Source of the DNA: Candidatus Ozemobacteraceae bacterium
GTDB taxonomy: Bacteria; Muiribacteriota; Ozemobacteria; Ozemobacterales; Ozemobacteraceae
Assembly (NCBI GenBank): GCA_965140445.1
Contig: OZ223236.1
Span: forward strand, 256,001 to 320,000
Direction of reading: 5' to 3'
Length of the DNA stretch: 64,000 bases
A program made the translations under genes and the position numbers. A model generated the notes under the pieces. The model was not told the DNA's origin. It saw only the letters and a program-made list of their open reading frames with translations, and made no database searches. Within the stretch, counting starts at the first letter, position 1, and each line of letters starts with the position of its first letter. This document shows, in pieces, positions 1-9,191 of the stretch.

Positions 1-1440
1 GGTGCAACCTATGAGCTGGGAGGTCAACCAGGTAAAATAATGCCTAATCAGGCCTGTAAATTATCTGGAAAGCTTTCTGAAAAGGCGCAAAAAAAATACC
101 ACGTAATGGTTTTGTCTTTTGCCATAGCTGATTCTAACCAGATTGATGAAGCCAAACTTGAGTGGAAAAAACTTGGCTGGGAATTAAAAACCACCATAAT
201 TGGTAGAGAATTCTTCGCAGATGACGGAAAAACCTTACTTTACGATGGAAGAAAGATTCAAGGCGAAGTTGGTGTTTTCGATACTATTGAGGCTGCCCAA
301 GCCCTTGTAGATAGACTTGCTGCACAGGGAAAATCCAGCTGGATTCAAACAGAAATAGTTCAGCTTGCCAAAGGCAATTTAACCCTAAGTATTAACGGCC
401 AGATAAAAGCTACCGGACCAAGCATTCTATTACTTCCAGCTGACACAATTTTCATGAAAAAAGTCGAGTATGCAGCTGGGTATCCATGGCATGGATTTGC
501 CGATAGAACATATTCTGGCAAACTTACCTGCAGATATGGTGCCAACGATGCAATAGATTGCATTTTGAATACAAGCTTAGAAAATGTTCTTGCGGGAGTT
601 GTTCCTTCTGAAATTTCAGCAAGTGCTGATGTAGGCGCTCTTCAAGCACAGGCAGTAGCCGCCCGTGGCGAGATTCTTTCCAAAGTCGGAGTTAGACACC
701 TTGGAGAAGGCTTTGATACTTGTTCTGAGCAACATTGTCAGGTTTTCGCAGGCGTGACCAAATATTCTCAGCAGGTTGGCCCTAAAATAGCTCCAACCGC
801 TGGCTATATCCTTTTTGATCCAAACAAAAACAGAATTCTTGACGCAGTTTATTCTGCCAACTGTGGTGGGCATAGTGAAGCCTGCCATCTGGTATGGACA
901 ACACAGCCCAATCCAATTCTTGGCGGAACCTGGGACTGCGATAACCCTCCTTCTATTGATCTTTCCGAAGAAAAACAAGTTGGTGATTTCATAAGAAATC
1001 CACCTAAATGCTATTGCAGCAATACTAATGTAGAAGGTGGAAAAAGATTCCGCTGGAAAAAAGACCTCAGCGCCGCCGATTGGAAGGCCGTAGAAGCCAA
1101 AGTTGGCATAGGTAGGATTAAAGATATTAAAGATATTGCGCGTGGCTTCTCTGGACGAATTTATCGCTTAACATTTGTCGGACAATTTGGCGAAAAAACT
1201 GTAATGAAAGAACTCAACATTAGAAAGCTATTTGGCAGTCTTATGAGCGCTTGCTTCATTGCAAACTGGAAAAAAGATGCTACTGGATATATCAACAGTG
1301 CCGAACTACTTGGAGCTGGGTTTGGACACGGTGTGGGAATGTGCCAGACTGGTGCTCAAAGTCTTGCAAAACAAGGTTGGGCTTACCAGAGAATACTTTC
1401 TCATTACTTCCCAGGAAGCATATTAAAAAAATGGTATTAG
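1..1440 (+). CDS. SpoIID/LytB domain-containing protein (lytic transglycosylase-like), 5'-truncated by the window edge
   Basis: Motifs LENVLAGVVPSE, ALQAQAVAAR, CQVF, YSANCGG and GAGFGHGVGMCQTGA...ILSHYFPG. The frame is open from base 1 (GATYELGGQPGKIM), so the true start lies upstream. Confidence 0.9.
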   Translation, partial: GATYELGGQPGKIMPNQACKLSGKLSEKAQKKYHVMVLSFAIADSNQIDEAKLEWKKLGWELKTTIIGREFFADDGKTLLYDGRKIQGEVGVFDTIEAAQALVDRLAAQGKSSWIQTEIVQLAKGNLTLSINGQIKATGPSILLLPADTIFMKKVEYAAGYPWHGFADRTYSGKLTCRYGANDAIDCILNTSLENVLAGVVPSEISASADVGALQAQAVAARGEILSKVGVRHLGEGFDTCSEQHCQVFAGVTKYSQQVGPKIAPTAGYILFDPNKNRILDAVYSANCGGHSEACHLVWTTQPNPILGGTWDCDNPPSIDLSEEKQVGDFIRNPPKCYCSNTNVEGGKRFRWKKDLSAADWKAVEAKVGIGRIKDIKDIARGFSGRIYRLTFVGQFGEKTVMKELNIRKLFGSLMSACFIANWKKDATGYINSAELLGAGFGHGVGMCQTGAQSLAKQGWAYQRILSHYFPGSILKKWY

Positions 1441-1452
1441 ATTAGAATTTTC

Positions 1453-1489
1453 AGCGGCATCAAACTTTAGCTTGATGCCGCTTTTTTTT
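1453..1489 (+). terminator. Intrinsic terminator
   Basis: AGCGGCATCAA / TTGATGCCGCT stem followed by a T-run, just after the SpoIID stop. Confidence 0.85.
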
Positions 1490-1529
1490 AGAAGTAATTG
1501 TTTATCAATTTAAAAAGCCAGGAGAATTT

Positions 1530-1901
1530 ATGCAAAATCATGAAAAGCTGGGATATTGTGGCATTTATTGTGGCGGTTGCTCAAACTTCAAGGAAAAAGT
1601 TAATTGCCAGGGCTGCAGGGAAGAAAAATCCCTTCTTGAAGACTGCCCAACAAGAGCGTGCGCAATTCAAAAAGGAATAATGTATTGCGGTGAATGCAAT
1701 GATTTTCCATGTGAACAACTTTCTGGATTTTATAATGATGGCGTAAAACATCACCAACTTGCCCATCAAAATTCCTTAATGATGAAAAAAGCAGGAGTTG
1801 ATAACTGGCTAAGAATGCAAGAAGCAAAACACATCTGTGATTGCGGCAATCGCCTTAATTGGTTCAAAAACCAATGCCCGAAATGCGAAGCCAAAAACTG
1901 A
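1530..1901 (+). CDS. Cys-rich DUF3795-like protein with a C-terminal zinc ribbon
   Basis: CGIYCGGC..CQGC..CPTRAC..CGEC..FPC pattern, C-terminal CDC..CPKC, and an AGGAG RBS. Confidence 0.75.
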   Translation: MQNHEKLGYCGIYCGGCSNFKEKVNCQGCREEKSLLEDCPTRACAIQKGIMYCGECNDFPCEQLSGFYNDGVKHHQLAHQNSLMMKKAGVDNWLRMQEAKHICDCGNRLNWFKNQCPKCEAKN

Positions 1902-1949
1902 ACGACTCAGAATAAGTAAAAAAGGAACTTTCCACACAGAACTAAAAGA

Positions 1950-1983
1950 AAATGTGCCCCGCAATTTATTGCGGGGCACATTT
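1950..1983. terminator. Bidirectional terminator between convergent genes
   Basis: Perfect inverted repeat AAATGTGCCCCGCAAT / ATTGCGGGGCACATTT. Confidence 0.8.
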
Positions 1984-2011
1984 ATATCAATCTCTCAGGG
2001 AGATTAAAATC

Positions 2012-3013
2012 TTATTTTACTTCACCAATGTTCTTCATAAGAAGATCTTTGTATTGTGGAAGTCTAGCATATACTGTTTTGCCGGGGCATGATTTAGTTG
2101 AGAAATCACAATGGCCATAGATATTAGCACGAGGATCAATTTTATAGTTTGAAGTGAGCCAGGCCAAAAGATTAATCAATGACTTTTCCATTACTGCTGG
2201 AATTGGATCTTTTCCTGGATCATAATCTCCGATAAGACAAACACCTACTGAGTTGGTATTTGGAGAACAATGAGCACCTACAACAGTTTCTGGTCGTCCC
2301 TGATAGATAGTTCCTTCAGGTCCAATTAAAAAATGGTATCCAATATCAGCCCAACCTGTTGCAGCGTTATCCATGTGATAATTCTGAATTCCACGAATGC
2401 TGGCCGCACCTTTGTATTGTGATTGATTTGGGATATAAGTGTGATGAACTACGATTCTCTGAGGGCTATGAGAAGAATAGTTTGATTTTGGAGGACGAGC
2501 TCCCCATGCTGAACGAGAAACCACTGAAGGTTTTGCAGCAATTTTTGCAGCCATAAAAGGCGCTGGTTTCTGAATGAAATATTCCATAGTTTCTTCTGGG
2601 AGGTAATTACCCTGAACAGAAACTTTATTTATGCTATTTTTTCCCATTTCAGGATCTCTAACAACAAACATAACCTGATAGGCAGATAGTGGTTTGATTG
2701 ATGAGAAATGATATTCTCTATCAAAAGCCATATATCTGGTCCATTTTCCTGTTTCAGAATACTTGAACCTGGCATAACCACGAAAAAGAGCGGTCTTTGA
2801 AGTTTCAGTATCTACAGAAATAATCATATTGTTTACTGCGGTATCCATTTCGATTTCTGCCGATTCAAACTTCCCGTAAGTTTGATCAGAAACAGAAAAG
2901 TCTGGGCTAATGGTTGCCGAATAATCTGGCACATCAACGGTTGCTTGAGCAACATGCGCACTTGCTAAGAACGCCAAAACCATAACAATACAAAATAATT
3001 TAAATCTTTTCAT
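2012..3013 (-). CDS. Secreted N-acetylmuramoyl-L-alanine amidase (Amidase_2/PGRP-like) with an uncharacterised N-terminal domain
   Basis: Signal peptide; SRSAWGARP, VVHHT, GWADIGYHFLI, GAH, GH..SCPG zinc-ligand motifs. Confidence 0.9.
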   Translation of the reverse strand: MKRFKLFCIVMVLAFLASAHVAQATVDVPDYSATISPDFSVSDQTYGKFESAEIEMDTAVNNMIISVDTETSKTALFRGYARFKYSETGKWTRYMAFDREYHFSSIKPLSAYQVMFVVRDPEMGKNSINKVSVQGNYLPEETMEYFIQKPAPFMAAKIAAKPSVVSRSAWGARPPKSNYSSHSPQRIVVHHTYIPNQSQYKGAASIRGIQNYHMDNAATGWADIGYHFLIGPEGTIYQGRPETVVGAHCSPNTNSVGVCLIGDYDPGKDPIPAVMEKSLINLLAWLTSNYKIDPRANIYGHCDFSTKSCPGKTVYARLPQYKDLLMKNIGEVK

Positions 3014-3158
3014 CAGTCCTCAAATACTCCTTGTACAACTATATTTTAAGATTATATTCCAAAGGGGCAGAGTTTAAAAGGTATACATTCTTTTTACCCT
3101 TTGGGGCGATTAATACGTATGAGTTAGAAAAAAGGTAACAAAAAAAATGCACTTTTTT

Positions 3159-4247
3159 TTAATCCCAGACAACTCCTTCTATATGCATTATTCCAAATCC
3201 AGGCTCATCTGTCATTTTTAGCCACGGGCCTTCTATTTCCACTCCGCCATGTACAGGATCTGTTTTACAAAGTGCTGGGCTATCAAGATCACACCTTGTA
3301 ATTATGCTCTTTGCACAAGCCAGATGTGCTGCTGCGGTCACACTGATTTTACTTTCCATCATGCAGCCCATGAAGCATTCAATTCCATGAATTTCAGCCA
3401 AAGCACAAATTTTTAGAGCTGCTCTGATTCCGCCAGTTTTCATCAGTTTAATGTTCAAATAATCTGCGCCACGCATCAAAAGAATTTTTTCTGCATCTTT
3501 AGCAGAAAAAACGCTTTCGTCGGCCAGAACAGGAGTATCAATTCGTTCTTTAACTTTTTTTAAACCTTCCAGATCTTCAGCAACGGTTGGTTGCTCAAGC
3601 AGCTCAATAACCAAACCAGCAGATTCGATGGCTCTCATAATGCGAATAGATTCTCGCGCACTCCAACCCTGGTTTGCATCAATACGAATCAATACATCTG
3701 GGCCAACCGCCTCGCGAACCGCTCTTATTCTTTTAATATCTAAATCAGGCTCAAGCCCAACTTTTACTTTTAAAATTCTAAATCCACGATCTACAGCAAT
3801 CTTACTATCAGACGCCATTTCCTCAGGACTGTTTACGCTTATGGTTAGATCTGTTTCTACTTTGTCACGATATCCCCCAAGCAGCCTGTAAACAGGCATT
3901 CCAAAATGTTTACCGAACAAATCATATATGGCCATCTCCACAGCTGCTTTAGCACTGGTGTTTTTTAAAATAGCACCGTCCATTGCATTTAGCGTGTCTT
4001 CTAGATTTTCTATGTATTTTCCAATCAGCTTTGGAGAAATAAATTCATGAATGGCTCCACGCACGCTGCCCATTGATTCTCCAGTAATTGGACCTGTTGG
4101 ATGAGCTTCACCAAAGCCTACTAACCCTGAGTCGGTATGGATCGAAACAACTATCGATACAATATGATCAATAGTCCTTAACGAAGTCTTAAAAGGGGTT
4201 CTCAGCGGGATAGAAATTGTTCCGGTCTTAATTTCGGTTATTTTCAT
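3159..4247 (-). CDS. ykfB: L-Ala-D/L-Glu dipeptide epimerase (enolase superfamily)
   Basis: KVKVG, DAN, EQP, DES and NIKLMK catalytic/metal motifs, DLD near the C-terminus, and an adjacent NlpC/P60 gene. Confidence 0.88.
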   Translation of the reverse strand: MKITEIKTGTISIPLRTPFKTSLRTIDHIVSIVVSIHTDSGLVGFGEAHPTGPITGESMGSVRGAIHEFISPKLIGKYIENLEDTLNAMDGAILKNTSAKAAVEMAIYDLFGKHFGMPVYRLLGGYRDKVETDLTISVNSPEEMASDSKIAVDRGFRILKVKVGLEPDLDIKRIRAVREAVGPDVLIRIDANQGWSARESIRIMRAIESAGLVIELLEQPTVAEDLEGLKKVKERIDTPVLADESVFSAKDAEKILLMRGADYLNIKLMKTGGIRAALKICALAEIHGIECFMGCMMESKISVTAAAHLACAKSIITRCDLDSPALCKTDPVHGGVEIEGPWLKMTDEPGFGIMHIEGVVWD

Positions 4248-4258
4248 TTTTAGCCTCT

Positions 4259-5665
4259 TTACTCAACACAAAATTCTCGGGCCGCATAAAGCCCTTCGAT
4301 ATAACGTTTCCCGCTGGATAAAAACGTAGACATGAGAGGAGTAACAAAAACACAACGAGTTTTTGCACTTTTCATGTCACCATTTTCGTCCGGAGCTCTA
4401 AAGCCAGCAAAATCATGAATAATATAATAATCGTCATCGTATTTGCCTAAGAACAGCATTGCATGCCCATTCATGTATATAGGAGAACCAGGTGGGAGCT
4501 TATCAAAAAGTTCTTTGCGCTCTTCAAGAGAAGTCTCATTGGTCATTTTATGAGAAATTCCTATGGCCATCTTTCCCTGTTCACCGGCATTTCGCGGCAA
4601 TAAAATTCCCATACTTCTATAATTATCCATAATAAATGCGCTGCAATCGCGAGTATTAAACATCCCGCCCCAACCGTATCTTTGCCCAAGAAACTTAAAT
4701 GCCTGACGAATAATGTTTCTACGAGTCAATGGCAGATAACCAACTCTCACGTCATCGCCTCTGGCAACCAAACCAAGCATAGTTTTAAATTTGCCTTCAA
4801 TATCTCTGGTTGGAAGTTTTACTACGTAGTTTCCAGCTGGATGCTGACCATCAATATCTATAGGTATTTCTGCGCGTTCTGCGAGTGGCACCTTGACTCC
4901 CATATCGAGCTGAAGCTCTGATATCTCTGGCCTATAGGGGTTAAATCCAGTTAAAACACCTTTGCCAGTTACTACGAGAAAATCTTTGGCATCCAGATAA
5001 TCAAAAAGTTCTTTTCGGTCTGCAATCGCAACAGCATCAGAAGGCACCCAGGCAAGGTAATTATAAGCCTGCGCCAGATACCATTTCCCATCAAGACTTT
5101 CATGGAGTATTGCAAGAGGTTCAACCGGATATAATGCAGTTTCTATGAATCTATCTGTTTCAATATCGTCCGCTTCAGAGAAAACTCTATCTGAAGTTGG
5201 GAAAGCTCTCATTTCAGTGCGCTTAACTGTTATACCAAAACGAACGATTGACAAATTCTTTACCTGATCAAGATTCAAATTCTTTTCAAGCTGCTGATAA
5301 TATTCTTCGCCAATCTCTTTTCCGTCTAAATAACGTTTTTTAGACGGTCTTGAGCTTACTTTTTTAATCAGGCTTTTTAACTTATCTCCAGAAAAAATTT
5401 TCCTATAAGTTCTCAAATCATTTAAAACTTCACATTCTCTAAAGTTCCTTCTATTGTATTCAGCTATTTTCTGTGAAGTCATGAGCTCTCGATCAGGATT
5501 TTCGACCAGGTTAATCCAAAAATCGCTTTCCAGCATTTCCTGGGTAACTCCTGGAATATTCAATTCAAATTGAACATACTTTTGCTGTGCCGCAAAAAGT
5601 CCGGGTGAACTGAATAGACTCGCCAAAAAAATGAACCATATTACTTTAAAATGTTTTCTAACCAT
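4259..5665 (-). CDS. SH3-domain NlpC/P60 (C40) gamma-D-glutamyl peptidase, YkfC-like, with signal peptide
   Basis: YGWGG...RDCS, GHAMLF and IIHD catalytic triad; N-terminal SH3-like region (ETALYPVEPLAILHES, YLAWV). Confidence 0.85.
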   Translation of the reverse strand: MVRKHFKVIWFIFLASLFSSPGLFAAQQKYVQFELNIPGVTQEMLESDFWINLVENPDRELMTSQKIAEYNRRNFRECEVLNDLRTYRKIFSGDKLKSLIKKVSSRPSKKRYLDGKEIGEEYYQQLEKNLNLDQVKNLSIVRFGITVKRTEMRAFPTSDRVFSEADDIETDRFIETALYPVEPLAILHESLDGKWYLAQAYNYLAWVPSDAVAIADRKELFDYLDAKDFLVVTGKGVLTGFNPYRPEISELQLDMGVKVPLAERAEIPIDIDGQHPAGNYVVKLPTRDIEGKFKTMLGLVARGDDVRVGYLPLTRRNIIRQAFKFLGQRYGWGGMFNTRDCSAFIMDNYRSMGILLPRNAGEQGKMAIGISHKMTNETSLEERKELFDKLPPGSPIYMNGHAMLFLGKYDDDYYIIHDFAGFRAPDENGDMKSAKTRCVFVTPLMSTFLSSGKRYIEGLYAAREFCVE

Positions 5666-5679
5666 TTTCGCAATCCCCC

Positions 5680-6837
5680 CTATATACCTGAAAGAATTTT
5701 TCCAACCAGCAAACCGCCACCAGTGCCAAGAACATAGCCCAACATTCCCATTAAAACTCCTATTGGAACGAGCACTTCACTATAAGCGGCAGCTAAGATA
5801 GGTGCGGATGCTACTCCGCCAACATTAGCAAGACTGGCAACTCCACAGGTAAAAAGATCAAGTTTGAGCAATTTGGCAATTAAAGCCAGTAACAATGCAT
5901 GAATGACCAGAATCATAAAGCCACAGAAAATATAAAATGGCGCTTGAGTAAGCTCGGCAAAATTGGCCTTTGAACCCATCAAAGCAACAATTAAATAGAG
6001 CATAAGATTTGCCAATGGTGATATCCCTGGAAGTTTACCAAGAGGAGTAGCAGCAGCTGTCACGCCGGCAATAGTTGCTATTAAAACTGTCCATGTATAG
6101 GTTGACAGGAAAGCAGTAGAAGGTAACAACGAAGCTAGATAATTGGAAATAGCAGCAACAAAAAAGCTACTTCCCAAAAGCAAAATAAGATCAGCAAAAG
6201 TCATTTCGACTCTCTTATCTTCTTTATCTGCGGCAAGCATAGCCCCAACCTCGTCAATCGCTTTTGTGTCGGCACCCGTCCATTTATTAAATTTATGCGC
6301 AAATGGAACTACCGAAAGTAAAATCATGACCCAGACAGCATAGTTTACCGAATCCATCATTAGTGTGTAACCCATCTGGGAGTCTTTGACGCCAAGTGCG
6401 AGTTGTATAGCTGCCATATTACCGGTTCCACCCATCCAGGAACCAGAAAGAGCAGCAAATGTTTTCCAGGTATCCACCTCAAAGTGGCTTCGAAAAATAG
6501 CGTAAGTTACCACAAATCCAATTCCAATGGTAATTGAGGAAGAAAAAAAGCCAATAAGCATGCGTGGACCAAGTTTTAGGATCTTTTTTAAATCACAATG
6601 CAACAGCATCAGAAAAATCATTACCGGCAACAGGTTGCCCTTTAAATGCTTGTAATAAAAGTTAATCTCATCGGTTTGCTTCCATAAACCAAGAGTCGAA
6701 AGAGTCATTATTAGAAAATAGAGAACTACGATTCCCGGTACATAGTCGAAAAATTTTCGATACTTTTTATCCAATTGAACGATAACAGCTGCAGTAAATA
6801 GCAAAACAGCAAGAAATGTGAATCCGCTTTCAATCAT
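5680..6837 (-). CDS. DUF819-family polytopic membrane protein (putative transporter)
   Basis: About 10-11 hydrophobic segments; GSWMGGTGNM and ASLANVGG..SAP motifs. Confidence 0.8.
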   Translation of the reverse strand: MIESGFTFLAVLLFTAAVIVQLDKKYRKFFDYVPGIVVLYFLIMTLSTLGLWKQTDEINFYYKHLKGNLLPVMIFLMLLHCDLKKILKLGPRMLIGFFSSSITIGIGFVVTYAIFRSHFEVDTWKTFAALSGSWMGGTGNMAAIQLALGVKDSQMGYTLMMDSVNYAVWVMILLSVVPFAHKFNKWTGADTKAIDEVGAMLAADKEDKRVEMTFADLILLLGSSFFVAAISNYLASLLPSTAFLSTYTWTVLIATIAGVTAAATPLGKLPGISPLANLMLYLIVALMGSKANFAELTQAPFYIFCGFMILVIHALLLALIAKLLKLDLFTCGVASLANVGGVASAPILAAAYSEVLVPIGVLMGMLGYVLGTGGGLLVGKILSGI

Positions 6838-6923
6838 TAAAGGGCCTCCCCAATTCGGTTCTGGCTATGTTTGTCTTTATATTTGTGTGCCAGAATGCGA
6901 AATGTTCTATTAAATAGGTGAAA

Positions 6924-6952
6924 ATTATACTTTGTTCAGCTAACACTGCCAA
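6924..6952 (-). promoter_or_regulatory. Sigma70-type promoter for the DUF819-NlpC-epimerase operon
   Basis: TTGGCA-17 nt-TATAAT on the minus strand. Confidence 0.6.
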
Positions 6953-7113
6953 GAATATAAAACGATACAGCCTCACAGGCTTTCATAGAGATGTTTTTAT
7001 TCTTTTAAGTTACAAATTAAATTCACTTTTATGCTCGTGTAGATTTGAGCTGCTTCAATTTAAGTCTATTTTTTCATATAATCAAACTAGATGTAAATTT
7101 GGAGAACCTTATC

Positions 7114-8301
7114 ATGAATAGAAACTTTTTCAGACTATTTACCATCGCTGCATTAGTAGCAATTTTGTTTCATGGGACTATCTGGGCAGCCGGAGAAATC
7201 CAGATCATTGTTTCTGTTCCAAACTCCACACCAGATAATGAAAAAATTTGTATTACAGGCAATACTAATCAGCTTTCAAATTGGGATGGCGCGGGAATCC
7301 CTTTAGAAGAAATTGGTCCTAATCTTTATAGTTATTCGGGTTCTTTTCCTATAGGACAAAACATCGAGTTCAAGTTCACAAGAGGAAGCTTTGCTTCTGT
7401 AGAAAAGACTTCTCAAGGACTTGAGATTCAAAACCGTCAATTAAAAATCTATGAAAACAATAAAGTTCACAAAGCATTTGTAGAAGCCTGGGCCGATCAA
7501 CTTGGCGATCAAAATTCAAACAATAAACCTAACATTACGGGCAATTACAAAATTTTGAAAAATATTCCGTCAAAATATCTAAAACCAATCAGAACCGTTG
7601 TTGTGTGGTTACCGGAAACTTACAACCATACAGAAGCACAAAAATACCGCTATCCAGTAATTTACATGCATGATGGGGGAAATCTTTTCGATCCAGGAAC
7701 CTCTTTCGGTGGAATGGATTGGGGAGTGGATGAAGCAATGCATGAAGGAACAAAAGCAGGCTACTTGAAAGATGCTATTGTCGTCGGAGTCTACAACACG
7801 GTTGATAGAATGAGCGAGTATACGCCCTTCCCAGACCCAAAACATAAAGGTGGAAACGGTGAGAACTACGCCAAATTCATGGTCAAAGAGCTTAAGCCTT
7901 TAATCGACTCCAAGTTTCGAACTCTTCCTGATCGGGAAAACACTTTCATAGGTGGCTCTTCTTTGGGTGGCTTGATTTCCCTCTATATAGGCATTTCAAG
8001 GCCCAAAGTATTTTCTGGAATCATCGCCATGTCGCCATCCATCTGGTGGGCAAACGGAGGCATCATTAACTGGTTGCTGGAAAACAAGGTTAGCGAATTT
8101 GATGGAAAGATCTGGGTAGATATGGGAACCCGCGAAGGCGAAGAGGCTATCGAGTTCAGTAGAAAGCTATCACAAACAATTAAAAGTGAATGCCCCGCCT
8201 ATACCGGACTTATTTATAAAGAATTTACTGGCGGTACCCATTCGGAAGGTTCATGGCGTCAAAGAATTCATCTTCCGCTAAAACTTTTTATCGGGAAATA
8301 G
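7114..8301 (+). CDS. Secreted CBM20-like starch-binding domain + alpha/beta-hydrolase (esterase)
   Basis: ATG 7114 follows GGAG; signal peptide; ITGN..QLSNW and EFKFTRG CBM20-like segment; YPVIYMHDG, GSSLGG nucleophile elbow, H in GGTHSE. Confidence 0.8.
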   Translation: MNRNFFRLFTIAALVAILFHGTIWAAGEIQIIVSVPNSTPDNEKICITGNTNQLSNWDGAGIPLEEIGPNLYSYSGSFPIGQNIEFKFTRGSFASVEKTSQGLEIQNRQLKIYENNKVHKAFVEAWADQLGDQNSNNKPNITGNYKILKNIPSKYLKPIRTVVVWLPETYNHTEAQKYRYPVIYMHDGGNLFDPGTSFGGMDWGVDEAMHEGTKAGYLKDAIVVGVYNTVDRMSEYTPFPDPKHKGGNGENYAKFMVKELKPLIDSKFRTLPDRENTFIGGSSLGGLISLYIGISRPKVFSGIIAMSPSIWWANGGIINWLLENKVSEFDGKIWVDMGTREGEEAIEFSRKLSQTIKSECPAYTGLIYKEFTGGTHSEGSWRQRIHLPLKLFIGK

Positions 8302-8313
8302 TAAAAAAGAAAA

Positions 8314-8353
8314 CTGCAGCACTGAATTTAGATTCATTGCTGCAGCTTTTTTT
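8314..8353 (+). terminator. Intrinsic terminator
   Basis: CTGCAGCA-CTGAAT / ATTCAT-TGCTGCAG imperfect stem followed by T7. Confidence 0.65.
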
Positions 8354-8366
8354 AGGAGGATACTTT

Positions 8367-9143
8367 ATGCTGGGAGCAATTGCTGGAGATATTATTGGTT
8401 CAATATACGAACACAATAATATAAAGAAAAAGGAATTCCCTTTATTTTTGAAAGCTTGCCGCTTTACAGATGACTCAATCCTAACAATAGCTCTTGCAGA
8501 CAGTATTTTAACCGGAAAATCTTACACTGAAAATCTGCAAAAATTTTATCATTTGTATCCAGATGGCGGCTATGGGGGAAAATTTCATGACTGGGCCAGA
8601 AGTAGCAGCCCCAAGCCATACGGGAGCTACGGAAATGGCGCTGCAATGAGAATTAGTCCGGTAGGTTTTGCTTATAAAGATATTGATACTGTTTTAAGCA
8701 AAGCTATTGAATTTATAGAAATCACCCATAATCATCCAGAAGGAATTAAAGCAGCTAAAGCTACAGCATCTGCTATTTTTCTAGCCCGTACAGGCTCATC
8801 TAAGACTGAAATAAAAAATTATATAGAAACAACATTTGGCTATGATTTGGATATGCATATTGATCAAATTCGGCCAACATATAAATTTGACGTTTCCTCT
8901 CAGGGATCTGTTCCTCAATCCATAAGAGCTTTTCTAGATTCAGAAAGTTATGAGGATTCCGTAAGAAATGCTGTTTCTATTGGAGGTGATAGTGATACTA
9001 TCGCTTGTATTACTGGCGGAATAGCTCATGCATTTTATGGAAAGCTCCCCACGACAATAGAAAATAAGGTTTATTCAATACTGGACAATCGGCTTGGAAA
9101 AATCTGCAAAGATTTTGCTGAAAGCTATCTTGCGGATTTTTAA
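8367..9143 (+). CDS. ADP-ribosylglycohydrolase family protein (DraG/ARH-like)
   Basis: GAIAGDIIGS, FTDD, GNGAAMR, THNHP and GGDSDT motifs; AGGAGG RBS before ATG 8367. Confidence 0.9.
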   Translation: MLGAIAGDIIGSIYEHNNIKKKEFPLFLKACRFTDDSILTIALADSILTGKSYTENLQKFYHLYPDGGYGGKFHDWARSSSPKPYGSYGNGAAMRISPVGFAYKDIDTVLSKAIEFIEITHNHPEGIKAAKATASAIFLARTGSSKTEIKNYIETTFGYDLDMHIDQIRPTYKFDVSSQGSVPQSIRAFLDSESYEDSVRNAVSIGGDSDTIACITGGIAHAFYGKLPTTIENKVYSILDNRLGKICKDFAESYLADF

Positions 9144-9191
9144 GCTTTTGCTTTTATTTTCGCATAATAAATTCTCCGCCAATGGATCATT

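Noticed and set aside
1..1440. SpoIID (and WhiA elsewhere in the window) as evidence of sporulation
   Set aside because: Both families are widespread in non-sporulating bacteria, and no other sporulation genes are present.
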